Virus record (IMG/VR): IMGVR_UViG_3300032560_000094 | Coordinates: 1 to 28,285 of that record | DNA: 28,285 bases | Origin: a virus | Lineage: Duplodnaviria; Caudoviricetes | Reading direction: 5' to 3' (one strand) | Part shown: piece by piece, positions 7,924 to 17,022 of the stretch | Numbering within the stretch: position 1 is the first letter of the stretch | How the letters are laid out: each line of letters opens with the position of its first letter | The notes under the pieces: generated by a model | Told to the model about the DNA's origin: nothing | The model's database searches: none | The model's input: only the letters and a program-made list of their open reading frames with translations | Translations under genes and position numbers: made by a program

Positions 7924-10317
7924 TCACCCCACCTTGTCCAGATATGCGGGGGTATTGTCATTGCTCGCCGGATCGAGGTCGCGGTTGAGAAGGTAGGGAT
8001 AATAAGCGCCGCCTGACCCGCCGAATGTTAAATAGACATGTCCCGACATATTAGGGTCACCGCTGCAACTTGTTACAATATCAAGGCTGTCTAATGGGAA
8101 TGCGCTACCATCCACATTAAGTAGCTGTTTCCATGTTCCCTGTGCGTTTGTCCCAATGTCATCAGCTTCCCATACGCCGTAAGTCTGCGTCACGCCGGCA
8201 ACGTTATACCAACCAATATAATAAACGCTCGGGTAGGATTTACCGGGAGCCGGGGCACCAAAACCGATACAAGCCGCGTTACTTGCATTCGTAATCGTCG
8301 TCCAGTTCGCCCCACCGTTGGTTGAATGTTGAAGTGTGTTATCCCCGGCGCTAGGTGATGGCCCAGATGCCCACCAAATGTCTCCTGCCTGTCCGGGCGT
8401 GGCCCTGATCTTTACATTCTGGTCGCTGAGGTTGCCCCTTGAATTTCCGGCACTTTGAAATGTCCACGATGCGCCGCCGTTGGTAGATTTATAAAAACCC
8501 TGATTGCCGTCTGAGCCGCCGAGCATGAGATAGAACGTCATTCCGGTCGCATCGGCCTTGTCAGCAGCGACGCATTTTGCCTTGTAGAAACTTGCCCCGC
8601 AAAAGTGGTTCCAACTTACAGCGCCGCTAGGGCCAGTCATAGAAATCGCGTGCCATGACGCACCGCCGTCGGTCGTATAATATGGCGCGGTTCCTGTGCC
8701 ATTCGTTTTGGCTATAACGATATTGTTTGGTGTGCCGCAGGCAATGGTGCCGCCTGAAATTGTTGACGGATTATAACTCGTACTGGCGAACTGCGTCCAG
8801 GTCTGGCCGCCGTCAGTTGAAATCGCCGATTGTTCTCCGCCGTCGCCGCCGTAGTTGCCGTCCGCATTTGCGACTAAGGTAGTTGCGCTCGTTGAGCAGT
8901 CACTCATATCCCAAATAGCAATTACCGTGCTATTCCCGTTTAATCCAAAAGTAGATTGATATAACCCCAATGTGCTTGGAGTTTTGTACCACGCGGCGTG
9001 ATCTTCCATGCCGTAAACGGGATTAGTCGTAGCCGTCGGAGGCGCCAAAACAGATGTGCCAACCAATTCCTCGATGCCGCGCCCCATTGAATTTGCAGTC
9101 ATTGTCGTGCCAGTAGTAATTGATCCCGACCATGTTATGGTCCAAAAACTATTGCCTCCCGTCGAGTAAAGCATGTGCGAATTTGAAGGGTTAAAGTACA
9201 GATAGGCTCCCGCGAGATAGGGCGATAGAATTGTCATCCACGGAATGTCGCCCGTTGCGCTCTGCGTGGCGTTAGCTGTCCAACCTGACCAACCACTTGC
9301 ACTATCGCCACTCGTCGTCTCGTTGAACTGAGCATTAACGGTGCCGGCAGCGATAAGATGACTGGCATTTGACGGGTCGACGGCAAAGGCAAAAACCGGA
9401 TCGGGGGAGTTGGATAACACCTGAGTCCACGATCCATTGTAGCCCCACAAATTACCCGCAGACCCGTTAACACCATCTAGCGCGTAATAAATCCCCCCGG
9501 TAGGAGTGACCTTACCGGAGACAACACCGTTTGTGCTTGGACCGCCGGATATCGCGCTCCACGTTCCTGCGCTGCTAGTGCTGGCATTCGTTGTTTGATA
9601 AGTCCCGTTGCCGTTGGAATTGGCATAGACCGTCGAGGGCGTCGATGGATCGAATGCTATGCCGGTGACATAGCCGGAAGTCGGCGCGGGAACCTGCGCA
9701 GTGCTCACCAATGTCCAGGTCGTTCCGCTATCGTCAGTGAAATAAAGCCCAGTCGGTAATCCGATATAGAGCACTGCGGGATTGGTCGGGTGAATGGCGA
9801 GTTTCGGTCCCCAATTCTGCCACTTACCGCCCGCCGATATCGAGGTCATTTGCGACCCCGTGGGTGTCGATCCCGTTTTTGTCCAAGTCACACCTGCATT
9901 GGTTGATTTCCACACATATCCGTCGAAAACACCGTACCAAATAGTGGAATTACTCGGTGCGATCTGCAATTCAAAAAACGCCGCCTCTCCGTCACCTTGA
10001 ATAATATCATGAAGCCATTGGGTGGTCGTGAGAGAGTTTGCAATAGCAGCGGGCGAAAGCAGTTGTTGCCATGTTCCAGTAGTGCCGGTCTGTGGGTTCT
10101 TCGTGCCAGCCTGCCAACTGTAGGCCCCGTAGGTATTTGGCCTAGCGGCCATTGTCCCATCCGAATTAAGCGACATGCCGACAATATAGCCGCCCGCACC
10201 AATGGACGCATTATGAAAGCTAGAGGAAGTAGCGTAAGTCTGTCCAATCCAAAACTCTGCATCAACCGAAGGGCCACAAAACAGCAACGCAATAACTAAA
10301 ATCCACCATCTTCGCAT
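7924..10317 (-). CDS. GH74/xyloglucanase-like double beta-propeller (BNR/Asp-box repeats) with N-terminal signal peptide
   Basis: SIGAGGYIVGM...ARPNTYGAYSW start motif; repeated S-T-[ND]-G-G-x-x-W Asp boxes; GIEELV; GDPNMSGHVYLTFGGSG; MRRWWILVIALLFC leader. Confidence 0.75.
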   Translation of the reverse strand: MRRWWILVIALLFCGPSVDAEFWIGQTYATSSSFHNASIGAGGYIVGMSLNSDGTMAARPNTYGAYSWQAGTKNPQTGTTGTWQQLLSPAAIANSLTTTQWLHDIIQGDGEAAFFELQIAPSNSTIWYGVFDGYVWKSTNAGVTWTKTGSTPTGSQMTSISAGGKWQNWGPKLAIHPTNPAVLYIGLPTGLYFTDDSGTTWTLVSTAQVPAPTSGYVTGIAFDPSTPSTVYANSNGNGTYQTTNASTSSAGTWSAISGGPSTNGVVSGKVTPTGGIYYALDGVNGSAGNLWGYNGSWTQVLSNSPDPVFAFAVDPSNASHLIAAGTVNAQFNETTSGDSASGWSGWTANATQSATGDIPWMTILSPYLAGAYLYFNPSNSHMLYSTGGNSFWTITWSGSITTGTTMTANSMGRGIEELVGTSVLAPPTATTNPVYGMEDHAAWYKTPSTLGLYQSTFGLNGNSTVIAIWDMSDCSTSATTLVANADGNYGGDGGEQSAISTDGGQTWTQFASTSYNPSTISGGTIACGTPNNIVIAKTNGTGTAPYYTTDGGASWHAISMTGPSGAVSWNHFCGASFYKAKCVAADKADATGMTFYLMLGGSDGNQGFYKSTNGGASWTFQSAGNSRGNLSDQNVKIRATPGQAGDIWWASGPSPSAGDNTLQHSTNGGANWTTITNASNAACIGFGAPAPGKSYPSVYYIGWYNVAGVTQTYGVWEADDIGTNAQGTWKQLLNVDGSAFPLDSLDIVTSCSGDPNMSGHVYLTFGGSGGAYYPYLLNRDLDPASNDNTPAYLDKVG

Positions 10318-10318
10318 G

Positions 10319-11113
10319 TTATCTCCATGCCGCTGCTGTCATGCAGGCACCAGCATTTACACTCGTCCCAATGCTGGAAACGGTGGGCGTCAGACTCCCG
10401 GCGCTTTTAGTTGATGCCTCGCTAATTTCAATGCCGTCACCGGCATCCGTTGCCGATGTATCTTGGCTCAAAGTCGTCCATGAAATTGAAGGCGTAGCAG
10501 TACCAGAAAATCCGGCCGTCGCAATGCCCCAACCACCGCTCGAAATGGTGATGCTACCAACCGCAGCGTAGGGACCTGTACCCGACGTATAATCCCCGTA
10601 AGTGGCGCTTCCCGCTGTGGCGCTATTGAGATTATCAAGCACTCCAACGATGAAGCCGCCCCCGAAAAAATGCGAACCAGTTGTGGTAATTGCCACTGAG
10701 GCCGTTGTTGAACTGGTAATATTTCCAGAAAACGTGGCGCATGACCAACCTGTACTCCCATCAAAAGTGTTGGAACCGGATACTTGAGTGAGCGATATTG
10801 AATTGACGGTGACAGAGTAAGTTCCAAGCGCCGCGGCTGCAATAGCCACGACAACTTGGCGCGTTGACGTTGCCGTTCCAATGGGAATGCTTCCGACCGT
10901 GTAGGTTGGCCCCGAAGTCCCATAAGGAATAATATAGGAGCTTTGATTTGCCCAGGTAGCACCCCCACCTCCCGGCGCACCCAGCCCCGCCCCCGTCAAC
11001 AGCATCGTTGTTTGGGCATGAGCGGACTTGAATATCCCGGTCGGGACTTGCGACAGGCAAGCCAATCCCGCGCATAGCAGGAGGATTGCTATGGTCGATA
11101 GGTGTTTCCGCAT
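10319..11113 (-). CDS. Signal-peptide protein, Ser/Thr/Gly-rich beta-sandwich (fibre/adhesin-like)
   Basis: MRKHLSTIAILLLCAGLACL...AHA-Q leader, then MLLTGAGLGAPGGGG linker and beta-rich domain. Confidence 0.65.
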   Translation of the reverse strand: MRKHLSTIAILLLCAGLACLSQVPTGIFKSAHAQTTMLLTGAGLGAPGGGGATWANQSSYIIPYGTSGPTYTVGSIPIGTATSTRQVVVAIAAAALGTYSVTVNSISLTQVSGSNTFDGSTGWSCATFSGNITSSTTASVAITTTGSHFFGGGFIVGVLDNLNSATAGSATYGDYTSGTGPYAAVGSITISSGGWGIATAGFSGTATPSISWTTLSQDTSATDAGDGIEISEASTKSAGSLTPTVSSIGTSVNAGACMTAAAWR

Positions 11114-11115
11114 GG

Positions 11116-12018
11116 CTATTGCTGGACGTAGGTAGTGCGAATCACCGCAGTTGCCGTACCCGATTTCAAAACGAGAAGATTGCTGGATGGACTGGCCGTC
11201 TGCGCCACGGTTCCGATTCCCGCGCCGCTGCTCCAGCCGCCGTTTGCAGCAAGTGGATTGCCCTGAGCGACTGTGGTGCTGCCATCGACGGCCTTGAGAC
11301 TCCCGCCCGTAGCAGTACCTTCGACCAAAGAAACTTCCTCTGCCGCACCATCCAGAACCTTGTCGTAGCAGACATAGATCAATTTACCGGATACTCCCGG
11401 CACTATGAGGGCCGTTGCCGTATTAACCGATACGGTCGTCATTGTCTTGGCCTGGAAGGTGCAAGGGTCTCCTACCGATTGGTTGGAGGCTAGTGCAACA
11501 GGATTGGAATTGGCCATAGTTTGTTGGCCAGCCGTCAGAGTATTAGCCACTATAATGCTGGCATTGCTGACAATCGCCGCATAAATGCCCTTCATGATGG
11601 ACATCAATGTGGACGATCCACTGCCGGAATAAAGGCCGTCTCCTTTATCGCCGATTGTGGTTTGGGCACCGTCCGCATAGGCCCCCGACACGATAGCGGC
11701 GACTTGCGGGACATTGATCGAAAGCGGGGTAGCAACGTTAACGACGATGGAAGGGGTGACCGTAACGGAAAGCGGAGTGGCGACGACGACGACCGCCAGG
11801 GGCGTGGCTATGACCGTATTGGCATTGACGACTGCGTTAACGCAGAGCTTGCCGGTCTGGTCGATCGTAATGGGGCCGTTCGCGCTACCTACCGATGGAG
11901 TGGAAGGAAGCGTTCCGCATGATGCTACGACCTGGACCGCTTGAGCATGGAGTTCAATGACGCCGAGCGGACAGAGGCTCAGAAACGATACCAGCAGAAG
12001 GGAAATTATCCTTCGCAT
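11116..12018 (-). CDS. Signal-peptide protein with VATPLS repeats (virion/fibre-like)
   Basis: MRRIISLLLVSFLSLC...LHA-Q leader; SCGT...GKLC Cys pair; three ATPL(S/A) units; start overlaps terminase 3' end by 65 nt. Confidence 0.65.
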   Translation of the reverse strand: MRRIISLLLVSFLSLCPLGVIELHAQAVQVVASCGTLPSTPSVGSANGPITIDQTGKLCVNAVVNANTVIATPLAVVVVATPLSVTVTPSIVVNVATPLSINVPQVAAIVSGAYADGAQTTIGDKGDGLYSGSGSSTLMSIMKGIYAAIVSNASIIVANTLTAGQQTMANSNPVALASNQSVGDPCTFQAKTMTTVSVNTATALIVPGVSGKLIYVCYDKVLDGAAEEVSLVEGTATGGSLKAVDGSTTVAQGNPLAANGGWSSGAGIGTVAQTASPSSNLLVLKSGTATAVIRTTYVQQ

Positions 12019-13969
12019 CCGTGACCCCCATCCTTCCCGGCAGAGCCGAGATATAGCTTTGTCCCGATGCAGTGCGCTGCATGTTGGGCTTGTCCATCAT
12101 ACCGAGTTTAAGGAGACCTGCAAAGGCTTCCAATCCTTCCATCAAGACCCGATAAACCCCCTCCTTGGCTTCCATCTTCACGATGCCGTCTTTGCCGATT
12201 TCCCGGCAGTACCCGGCTGCAAAAGCGTTCAGTGTCCAGTGGGCATTCCCAGAAACCCTAAGTGCGGGGGCATCCTTGATTCGTTTGCGGAGCAGGGCGC
12301 GTATTTCGTCTCGCCCCACTTCGGAGAGGCTTCCCCGGTGCAGCTCGGCGGGGATCTTAGATACAGCACCACGCAAACCAATATGATTATAGCCAGACCA
12401 GTGTTCAGCACTAGCCACCAGTTTCCCTTGGGCGACAAGATTGGCCTCCTTCACTATGGTTTCGACACAGGAGCCGGGGTCTCCTTCGTGAACGAAGTCG
12501 GCGAGGATGGAGAGCCGGCCGTCATATTGGACAAGGACTCCAGTAGTGAGACCATGCCGTGCACCAAGACATAGCCAAGTAGAGCTACGCTCCCGAACAG
12601 GTACGTCGCCAACATTATCCGCGCCGAAATCGTCATAGATAATCTCTCCCGGTCGCATAAGGAGAGCGTAAGCGAGCGCATTCGGCCCGTCGATTCGTCC
12701 TGTGGGGTAGGAGAGGAATTGGGTTCTTAGTTCGGGGAGTTCCTTGGCAAAGCTGATTTCCCTTGCGTTGAAGAACGGCTGCAATCCTTCGATAAAACCA
12801 AATTTTCCTTTCGGTGCTTTCATTGGCTGAATCGGAATGACATAACCGCGCCTGACCATCTCATGCCGTAACGGCTGCATCAGGAATTCGTTCAAGCCAT
12901 CTTCCTCAACTCCAATCGTTACCGGGGAGTAGTCGTTTGCTGCCTTGAATATCTCCTTCACCATCTGGTCGGGTTTCCACAGATTGCCACCGCCGTCCCA
13001 GACTATCAAACGATTGCTGATCCACGACCACACCGCCCACCCAGTTGTGGCCGATGTTGATTTGGTAGTCCTCGCCGGATCGAAGAAGGCGTAGGTAGGG
13101 TGCCATGTTCTCACCTTCGGGGTTACCACGATCATATCGCTGGTGAATGTCTTGCGTTTGGGATCTTCCGCGATACACATGTATTCTCGGAGATAGTCGT
13201 CCAGACGTCCGACGCTCTCGAACTCCCGTTTCTTGCGGTCGATCCAGTCCAAGGGATATCGCGCCGGCCATGTCGGTTGGCGCTTGTTATTTTCATCAAT
13301 ATATTCAATGGGATAGGTTTTGGTCGGCCATTTGAGCTTGTCACGGATGGCAAAGGGCAGCGCATCGCGATCGAGCGGCGTTGCATTGATCCGGATTCTG
13401 GCGTGTTTGTCCAGTGCGGGGACCACGACCGACATGAACCAGCCTAGCGTTTCGGCGCGGGCTTCCGGGGTTTTGACGTGTTCTTCTTCCTCAATGTCGT
13501 CGCAAAAGCAGAAGTCGGGACGATAATGCAGATGCTTGGTGCCTCTAAGCGATTGGCCTCGACCCACCGCAATAATGCGGACACCGTTTGAAAGTATAAT
13601 TTCTGCTTCGTTCCATACCGCGCCCACAAGGTTTCCAAAGAGCATCTGTACAAGTTCGTTGGTCTCGATCTCATGCTTGATCGCTCTTAATCGTTCGCAG
13701 GCACGCTTCTCAGTAGCTCCAATGATAAGGGCGTTGTGGAATAGTTGATAGCCTGCTCCAATAACGAACGCTTCCTCAGCGATGGTAGACTTCCCACCTT
13801 CCCGGAAAACCATAACCAATGCTGCGGGTATCTGCGAATGCCATAAATCAATAACCTCACTGTGGAAAGCGGGCGTTCTGTCAGAATGACGATGCTGGAA
13901 CAGGACTTGATGGGCAAGGAGTCTATTCCTTCCGAGCTTGAGAACGGTATCCTTGAGTTCGGGAGTCAA
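11954..13969 (-). CDS. terL: Terminase large subunit with extra C-terminal domain
   Basis: Walker A VFREGGKST, SLRG motif, Walker B FCFCDDIE, coupling motif NATP, nuclease FFDPA...GVEE...IDGPNALAY; TTG start overlapping KTSC stop. Confidence 0.92.
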   Translation of the reverse strand: MTPELKDTVLKLGRNRLLAHQVLFQHRHSDRTPAFHSEVIDLWHSQIPAALVMVFREGGKSTIAEEAFVIGAGYQLFHNALIIGATEKRACERLRAIKHEIETNELVQMLFGNLVGAVWNEAEIILSNGVRIIAVGRGQSLRGTKHLHYRPDFCFCDDIEEEEHVKTPEARAETLGWFMSVVVPALDKHARIRINATPLDRDALPFAIRDKLKWPTKTYPIEYIDENNKRQPTWPARYPLDWIDRKKREFESVGRLDDYLREYMCIAEDPKRKTFTSDMIVVTPKVRTWHPTYAFFDPARTTKSTSATTGWAVWSWISNRLIVWDGGGNLWKPDQMVKEIFKAANDYSPVTIGVEEDGLNEFLMQPLRHEMVRRGYVIPIQPMKAPKGKFGFIEGLQPFFNAREISFAKELPELRTQFLSYPTGRIDGPNALAYALLMRPGEIIYDDFGADNVGDVPVRERSSTWLCLGARHGLTTGVLVQYDGRLSILADFVHEGDPGSCVETIVKEANLVAQGKLVASAEHWSGYNHIGLRGAVSKIPAELHRGSLSEVGRDEIRALLRKRIKDAPALRVSGNAHWTLNAFAAGYCREIGKDGIVKMEAKEGVYRVLMEGLEAFAGLLKLGMMDKPNMQRTASGQSYISALPGRMGVTDAKDNFPSAGIVSEPLSARRH

Positions 13970-14130
13970 TACTGACCTCGTAGATAAGTGTTGTAGAACG
14001 TCCCCTTGCTTTCCGCCTTCTGGAAATTCTCGTAGATATCGGGAGGGACGCCCTCGAACTCGTAGGTCCTGCCGTTCGGAAACGTCAGTTTCATGGTCTG
14101 GGTTTCCTTGTCATAGACTGCGTTCCACAT
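13966..14130 (-). CDS. KTSC-domain protein (54 aa)
   Basis: Hand-translated MWNAVYDKETQTMKLTFPNGRTYEFEGVPPDIYENFQKAESKGTFYNTYLRGQY, matching KTSC pattern YD...L.F..G..Y.Y..VP..Y..F..A.SKG.Y.N..IRG.Y. Confidence 0.88.
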   Translation of the reverse strand: MWNAVYDKETQTMKLTFPNGRTYEFEGVPPDIYENFQKAESKGTFYNTYLRGQY

Positions 14131-14497
14131 GGTCCATCTCGTAGAAGAAGTTGAGCATGACGGAGACGAAGGCTCCCGGGAAGCAGTGGCCGTGAAGATC
14201 GAGATAGCTATGGACCGTCTCCGTATCCCGTCCAGGAAACTGGAAGTTCAGCCCGAAGTTAGCCGTCCGGTCTCCGTCCGACATCAGCATTATATCACTG
14301 ACATAACTGTTTCCAACCATCAACCATCTGCACTTGATCGGCACATGCTGCCACTTGGGGAAGGGTAGAAGCTCTATGCCCTTGATGACGATGGCCTTGT
14401 CGGTCCACGGATAGATAAAGGAATTCCTGTATCGCGACAGTTTGCCATTGATCTTCCAGCCGTGAACCAGATCGCGCCCGGTACTACGCTGCGTCAA
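14111..14497 (-). CDS. Hypothetical protein (~128 aa)
   Basis: 3' part of track ORF 14111..14740; TTG start at 14497 proposed; start uncertain. Confidence 0.5.
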   Translation of the reverse strand: MTQRSTGRDLVHGWKINGKLSRYRNSFIYPWTDKAIVIKGIELLPFPKWQHVPIKCRWLMVGNSYVSDIMLMSDGDRTANFGLNFQFPGRDTETVHSYLDLHGHCFPGAFVSVMLNFFYEMDHVERSL

Positions 14498-15125
14498 GTG
14501 GTAGGCTTGGGAGAACAATGCCGACCCCCATGGGGCTTTCGATGCACTGGATGACTCTGTAGTCGCGTTTGATTTCGAGCCAGAGCTTGCCGACTGATTT
14601 TGAAGCAATATCGTGGAATCCGACCATTTTTCCAAGCGGGCCGTAGCCAAGCCAATCCGACTTGACGCCCTCGTAGGAATGGTCGCCGTCGATGAAGATG
14701 AAATCATAAGGTCCGTTCTTCCGCGCCCATTGCACCGCAAGGGGGCTGTGACTGTTGTTGAAGCAAACGGCGGTATCGTGACCTTGGGATTTCAGATCCT
14801 CCATGGTTTGCAGAAGATACTTGCCGGTATTCATGCCTTCGATGATGCCGATTCCCAACCCGAGATCAATTGAACGTATCTTTGCCTTGGGACAGACGCT
14901 TGCCATCAGACGAAGCGTCTGGCCGAAGCAGGAGCCGATTTCCAGGATGGATCTTGAACCTGCGATATGTCTTAGCAGGAACTTCAATTCTCGTTCGTCC
15001 TGCTGGCCGTGATCCTTCAAGCGATGCAGTTCCCGTTCCCTGGTACTTTCGGACAAGGGTAGTCCCATGACATAGGCCAAGGTGGTGGGGCGGTGTTTCA
15101 AGAGGCTTTGGATTTGTCTTATCAT
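14484..15125 (-). CDS. Class I SAM-dependent methyltransferase (Methyltransf_24-like, probable sugar O-methyltransferase)
   Basis: ILEIGSCFGQT, SIDL, YDFIFIDGDHSYEGVKSDW, GKMVGFHDI motifs; ATGA overlap start. Confidence 0.88.
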   Translation of the reverse strand: MIRQIQSLLKHRPTTLAYVMGLPLSESTRERELHRLKDHGQQDERELKFLLRHIAGSRSILEIGSCFGQTLRLMASVCPKAKIRSIDLGLGIGIIEGMNTGKYLLQTMEDLKSQGHDTAVCFNNSHSPLAVQWARKNGPYDFIFIDGDHSYEGVKSDWLGYGPLGKMVGFHDIASKSVGKLWLEIKRDYRVIQCIESPMGVGIVLPSLPLDAA

Positions 15126-16174
15126 TTGCATCCCACAAGGTCAGGATTACGCAGCCATCGCACGGCATTTCTAATGCGTTTTTTCCTCCGCAGGAACGGC
15201 AGGAAATGCAACAGATAAAACCGCGCCAGATAGCCGAGCGTAAACGATAGCGGCCCAAACCGGAATGCTCCCGCGCAGAATTCCTCCGTCGAAGTCACGT
15301 GCTTTAGCTCTCCGCAATGCCAATAGGCGGCGCGGGCAAACACATAGCCACCGGAGCGCGGCCACAGATAACGTGACATGCGAAGGCCAAGATCGAGCCA
15401 CCATCGCGGACGTGAACCGCGCTCCTTCCAAGCAGGGGGGTAATCCGGCGATAGGCTCGCGGTACACAGCTCATCGGAATCGGTTATCAGATAACGTTTG
15501 ACATCCGTAAAATTGTAATCGAGGAACACATTCTCCACCGCGAGATAGCGCACGCAACGCAGATTGAGTTTCTCGATGCTGCCGAAGTTCATCAGGATCG
15601 GATTGGCGATGTAGCAGTGCAGGATCAGTTGATCTTCGCACTTCCACAGCCGCATCGGCGGTAGCCACGGCATCATCCGCGAACCCTGGAAGAACGGTGT
15701 CTGCTCGCGGTGCAAATGCCGAATATTCAATCCCGCGAGTTCACGCGGCGAGAATGTCTTGCGATCGCCGGCTTCGGCTCGAAACGTGGTTTCGTTCTGC
15801 CGCAAAGCTGTGTGTTGAACCAGATCATAGCCTTCGCTCTGTAACCGGATCAGGGTTTGCACATAGTTGTCCGACACGATGTAGTCGGGAGAGGCCATCG
15901 ACGCCCATACCTTGTGCTCGAAGCACCATTGGTAGGCGAGCTTCTGGCCCTCGTTCTGCTGCTTGTAGACCGGATTGTCTCCAATTGGCGGCAACTCGAT
16001 CCAGATAAACTTGTTGGGATCTAGATAATCCGGCCGGTCGGCACACGGGCAGACGATCAGCCATTTGTCGCAGGGTCGCAGTTGCGGCCCAAGGGTAGCA
16101 AGCGTCGATTCGCGGAAATAATCCGCGTACTGCCGGCCCCAAAAGGTGACGATGAAGTAGATCGGCTTCATCAT
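15122..16174 (-). CDS. Hypothetical protein, putative GT-A-like glycosyltransferase
   Basis: N-terminal FIVTFWG..Y..YF strand-helix, SPDYIVSD acidic motif; between SDR and methyltransferase; function inferred. Confidence 0.5.
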   Translation of the reverse strand: MMKPIYFIVTFWGRQYADYFRESTLATLGPQLRPCDKWLIVCPCADRPDYLDPNKFIWIELPPIGDNPVYKQQNEGQKLAYQWCFEHKVWASMASPDYIVSDNYVQTLIRLQSEGYDLVQHTALRQNETTFRAEAGDRKTFSPRELAGLNIRHLHREQTPFFQGSRMMPWLPPMRLWKCEDQLILHCYIANPILMNFGSIEKLNLRCVRYLAVENVFLDYNFTDVKRYLITDSDELCTASLSPDYPPAWKERGSRPRWWLDLGLRMSRYLWPRSGGYVFARAAYWHCGELKHVTSTEEFCAGAFRFGPLSFTLGYLARFYLLHFLPFLRRKKRIRNAVRWLRNPDLVGCK

Positions 16175-16773
16175 CGCTTCCTCCCGATCAGCTTGGCAAG
16201 CTTGATCCCTCCGCCCATAACCCTCTGGACGCCGCGCCGCAGACCATGGTCGCTCCTGAATGCATCATGTTCGGTCTGGTTCATGGCCCAACGAGTAACG
16301 CCCGGCTTGCCGTTCATCCCGACATCGGCAAGCACATGGGCAAACTTCCCGAAGTGGCCCGGGCCGATATGGGATGCCCTCACGATCGCGGCGTTAATGG
16401 TGTGCATGTAGGACTCGACTTGCATCTTCTGCCGCCCGTAAGCCGTGAAACTTGCCCATTCCACCGCATCGGACGATACGAATACGGTAAAAGCACTGTT
16501 GGCATAATACTTTGCAATGGCTATGGGAGCGTCTACATTGACCACCCAGGATTCTGCGGACGCCTCGCAAGGGTAAAATCCGGGGATGGCGGCTACGAGG
16601 TAGAGGATATCGGCTTTGGGAAGCGCCTTAATCGGTCTGGCGAGGTCAAGAAAGACGCCTTCCGACAGACCTTGCTTCCTGGTCGACCACCAGAAACTCT
16701 CGCCCCGGGCCACTAATTCCCTGCGGAGAGCCGTCCCTACCTTGCCATCGCCCCCGACTATGAAGTGCCTCAT
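16171..16773 (-). CDS. NAD-dependent epimerase/reductase (RmlD-like extended SDR)
   Basis: FIVGGDGKVG Rossmann motif, FVSSDAV, YGRQK (YxxxK); start MRHFIV at 16773 via ATGA overlap. Confidence 0.85.
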   Translation of the reverse strand: MRHFIVGGDGKVGTALRRELVARGESFWWSTRKQGLSEGVFLDLARPIKALPKADILYLVAAIPGFYPCEASAESWVVNVDAPIAIAKYYANSAFTVFVSSDAVEWASFTAYGRQKMQVESYMHTINAAIVRASHIGPGHFGKFAHVLADVGMNGKPGVTRWAMNQTEHDAFRSDHGLRRGVQRVMGGGIKLAKLIGRKR

Positions 16774-17021
16774 TCTGTGGGTTTCCGGTTCTTGCGCCAT
16801 TTTCTCATGTATTCACGTTGGTAGGCTGTCCGGTCGAAGTTCAAATTTTTGTCCCCCGCTGGAGATAAACCACGCTGCGCCACATTTCGTGCAAGCGTAG
16901 GCGTAACCTGCGGCGAGGTCTCCGCCAGTTTTGATTTTATCGACGCAATTGTTTCCTTGGCATTCGTGGCACAGGTCCCCCAATGCCTCGTCCCGCACAA
17001 TCTGCATTTCGGTGCCTCCAT
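16770..17021 (-). CDS. Small putative DNA-binding protein (N-terminal Zn knuckle, basic C-terminal helix)
   Basis: CRLCGTRHWGTC and FDRTAYQREYMRKWRK; first gene of the operon; no RBS (leaderless). Confidence 0.65.
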   Translation of the reverse strand: MEAPKCRLCGTRHWGTCATNAKETIASIKSKLAETSPQVTPTLARNVAQRGLSPAGDKNLNFDRTAYQREYMRKWRKNRKPTE

Positions 17022-17022
17022 G

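Noticed and set aside
849-16716. Numerous + strand and alternate-frame ORFs overlapping the late genes
   Set aside because: Typical GC-rich antisense shadows with no RBS or motifs
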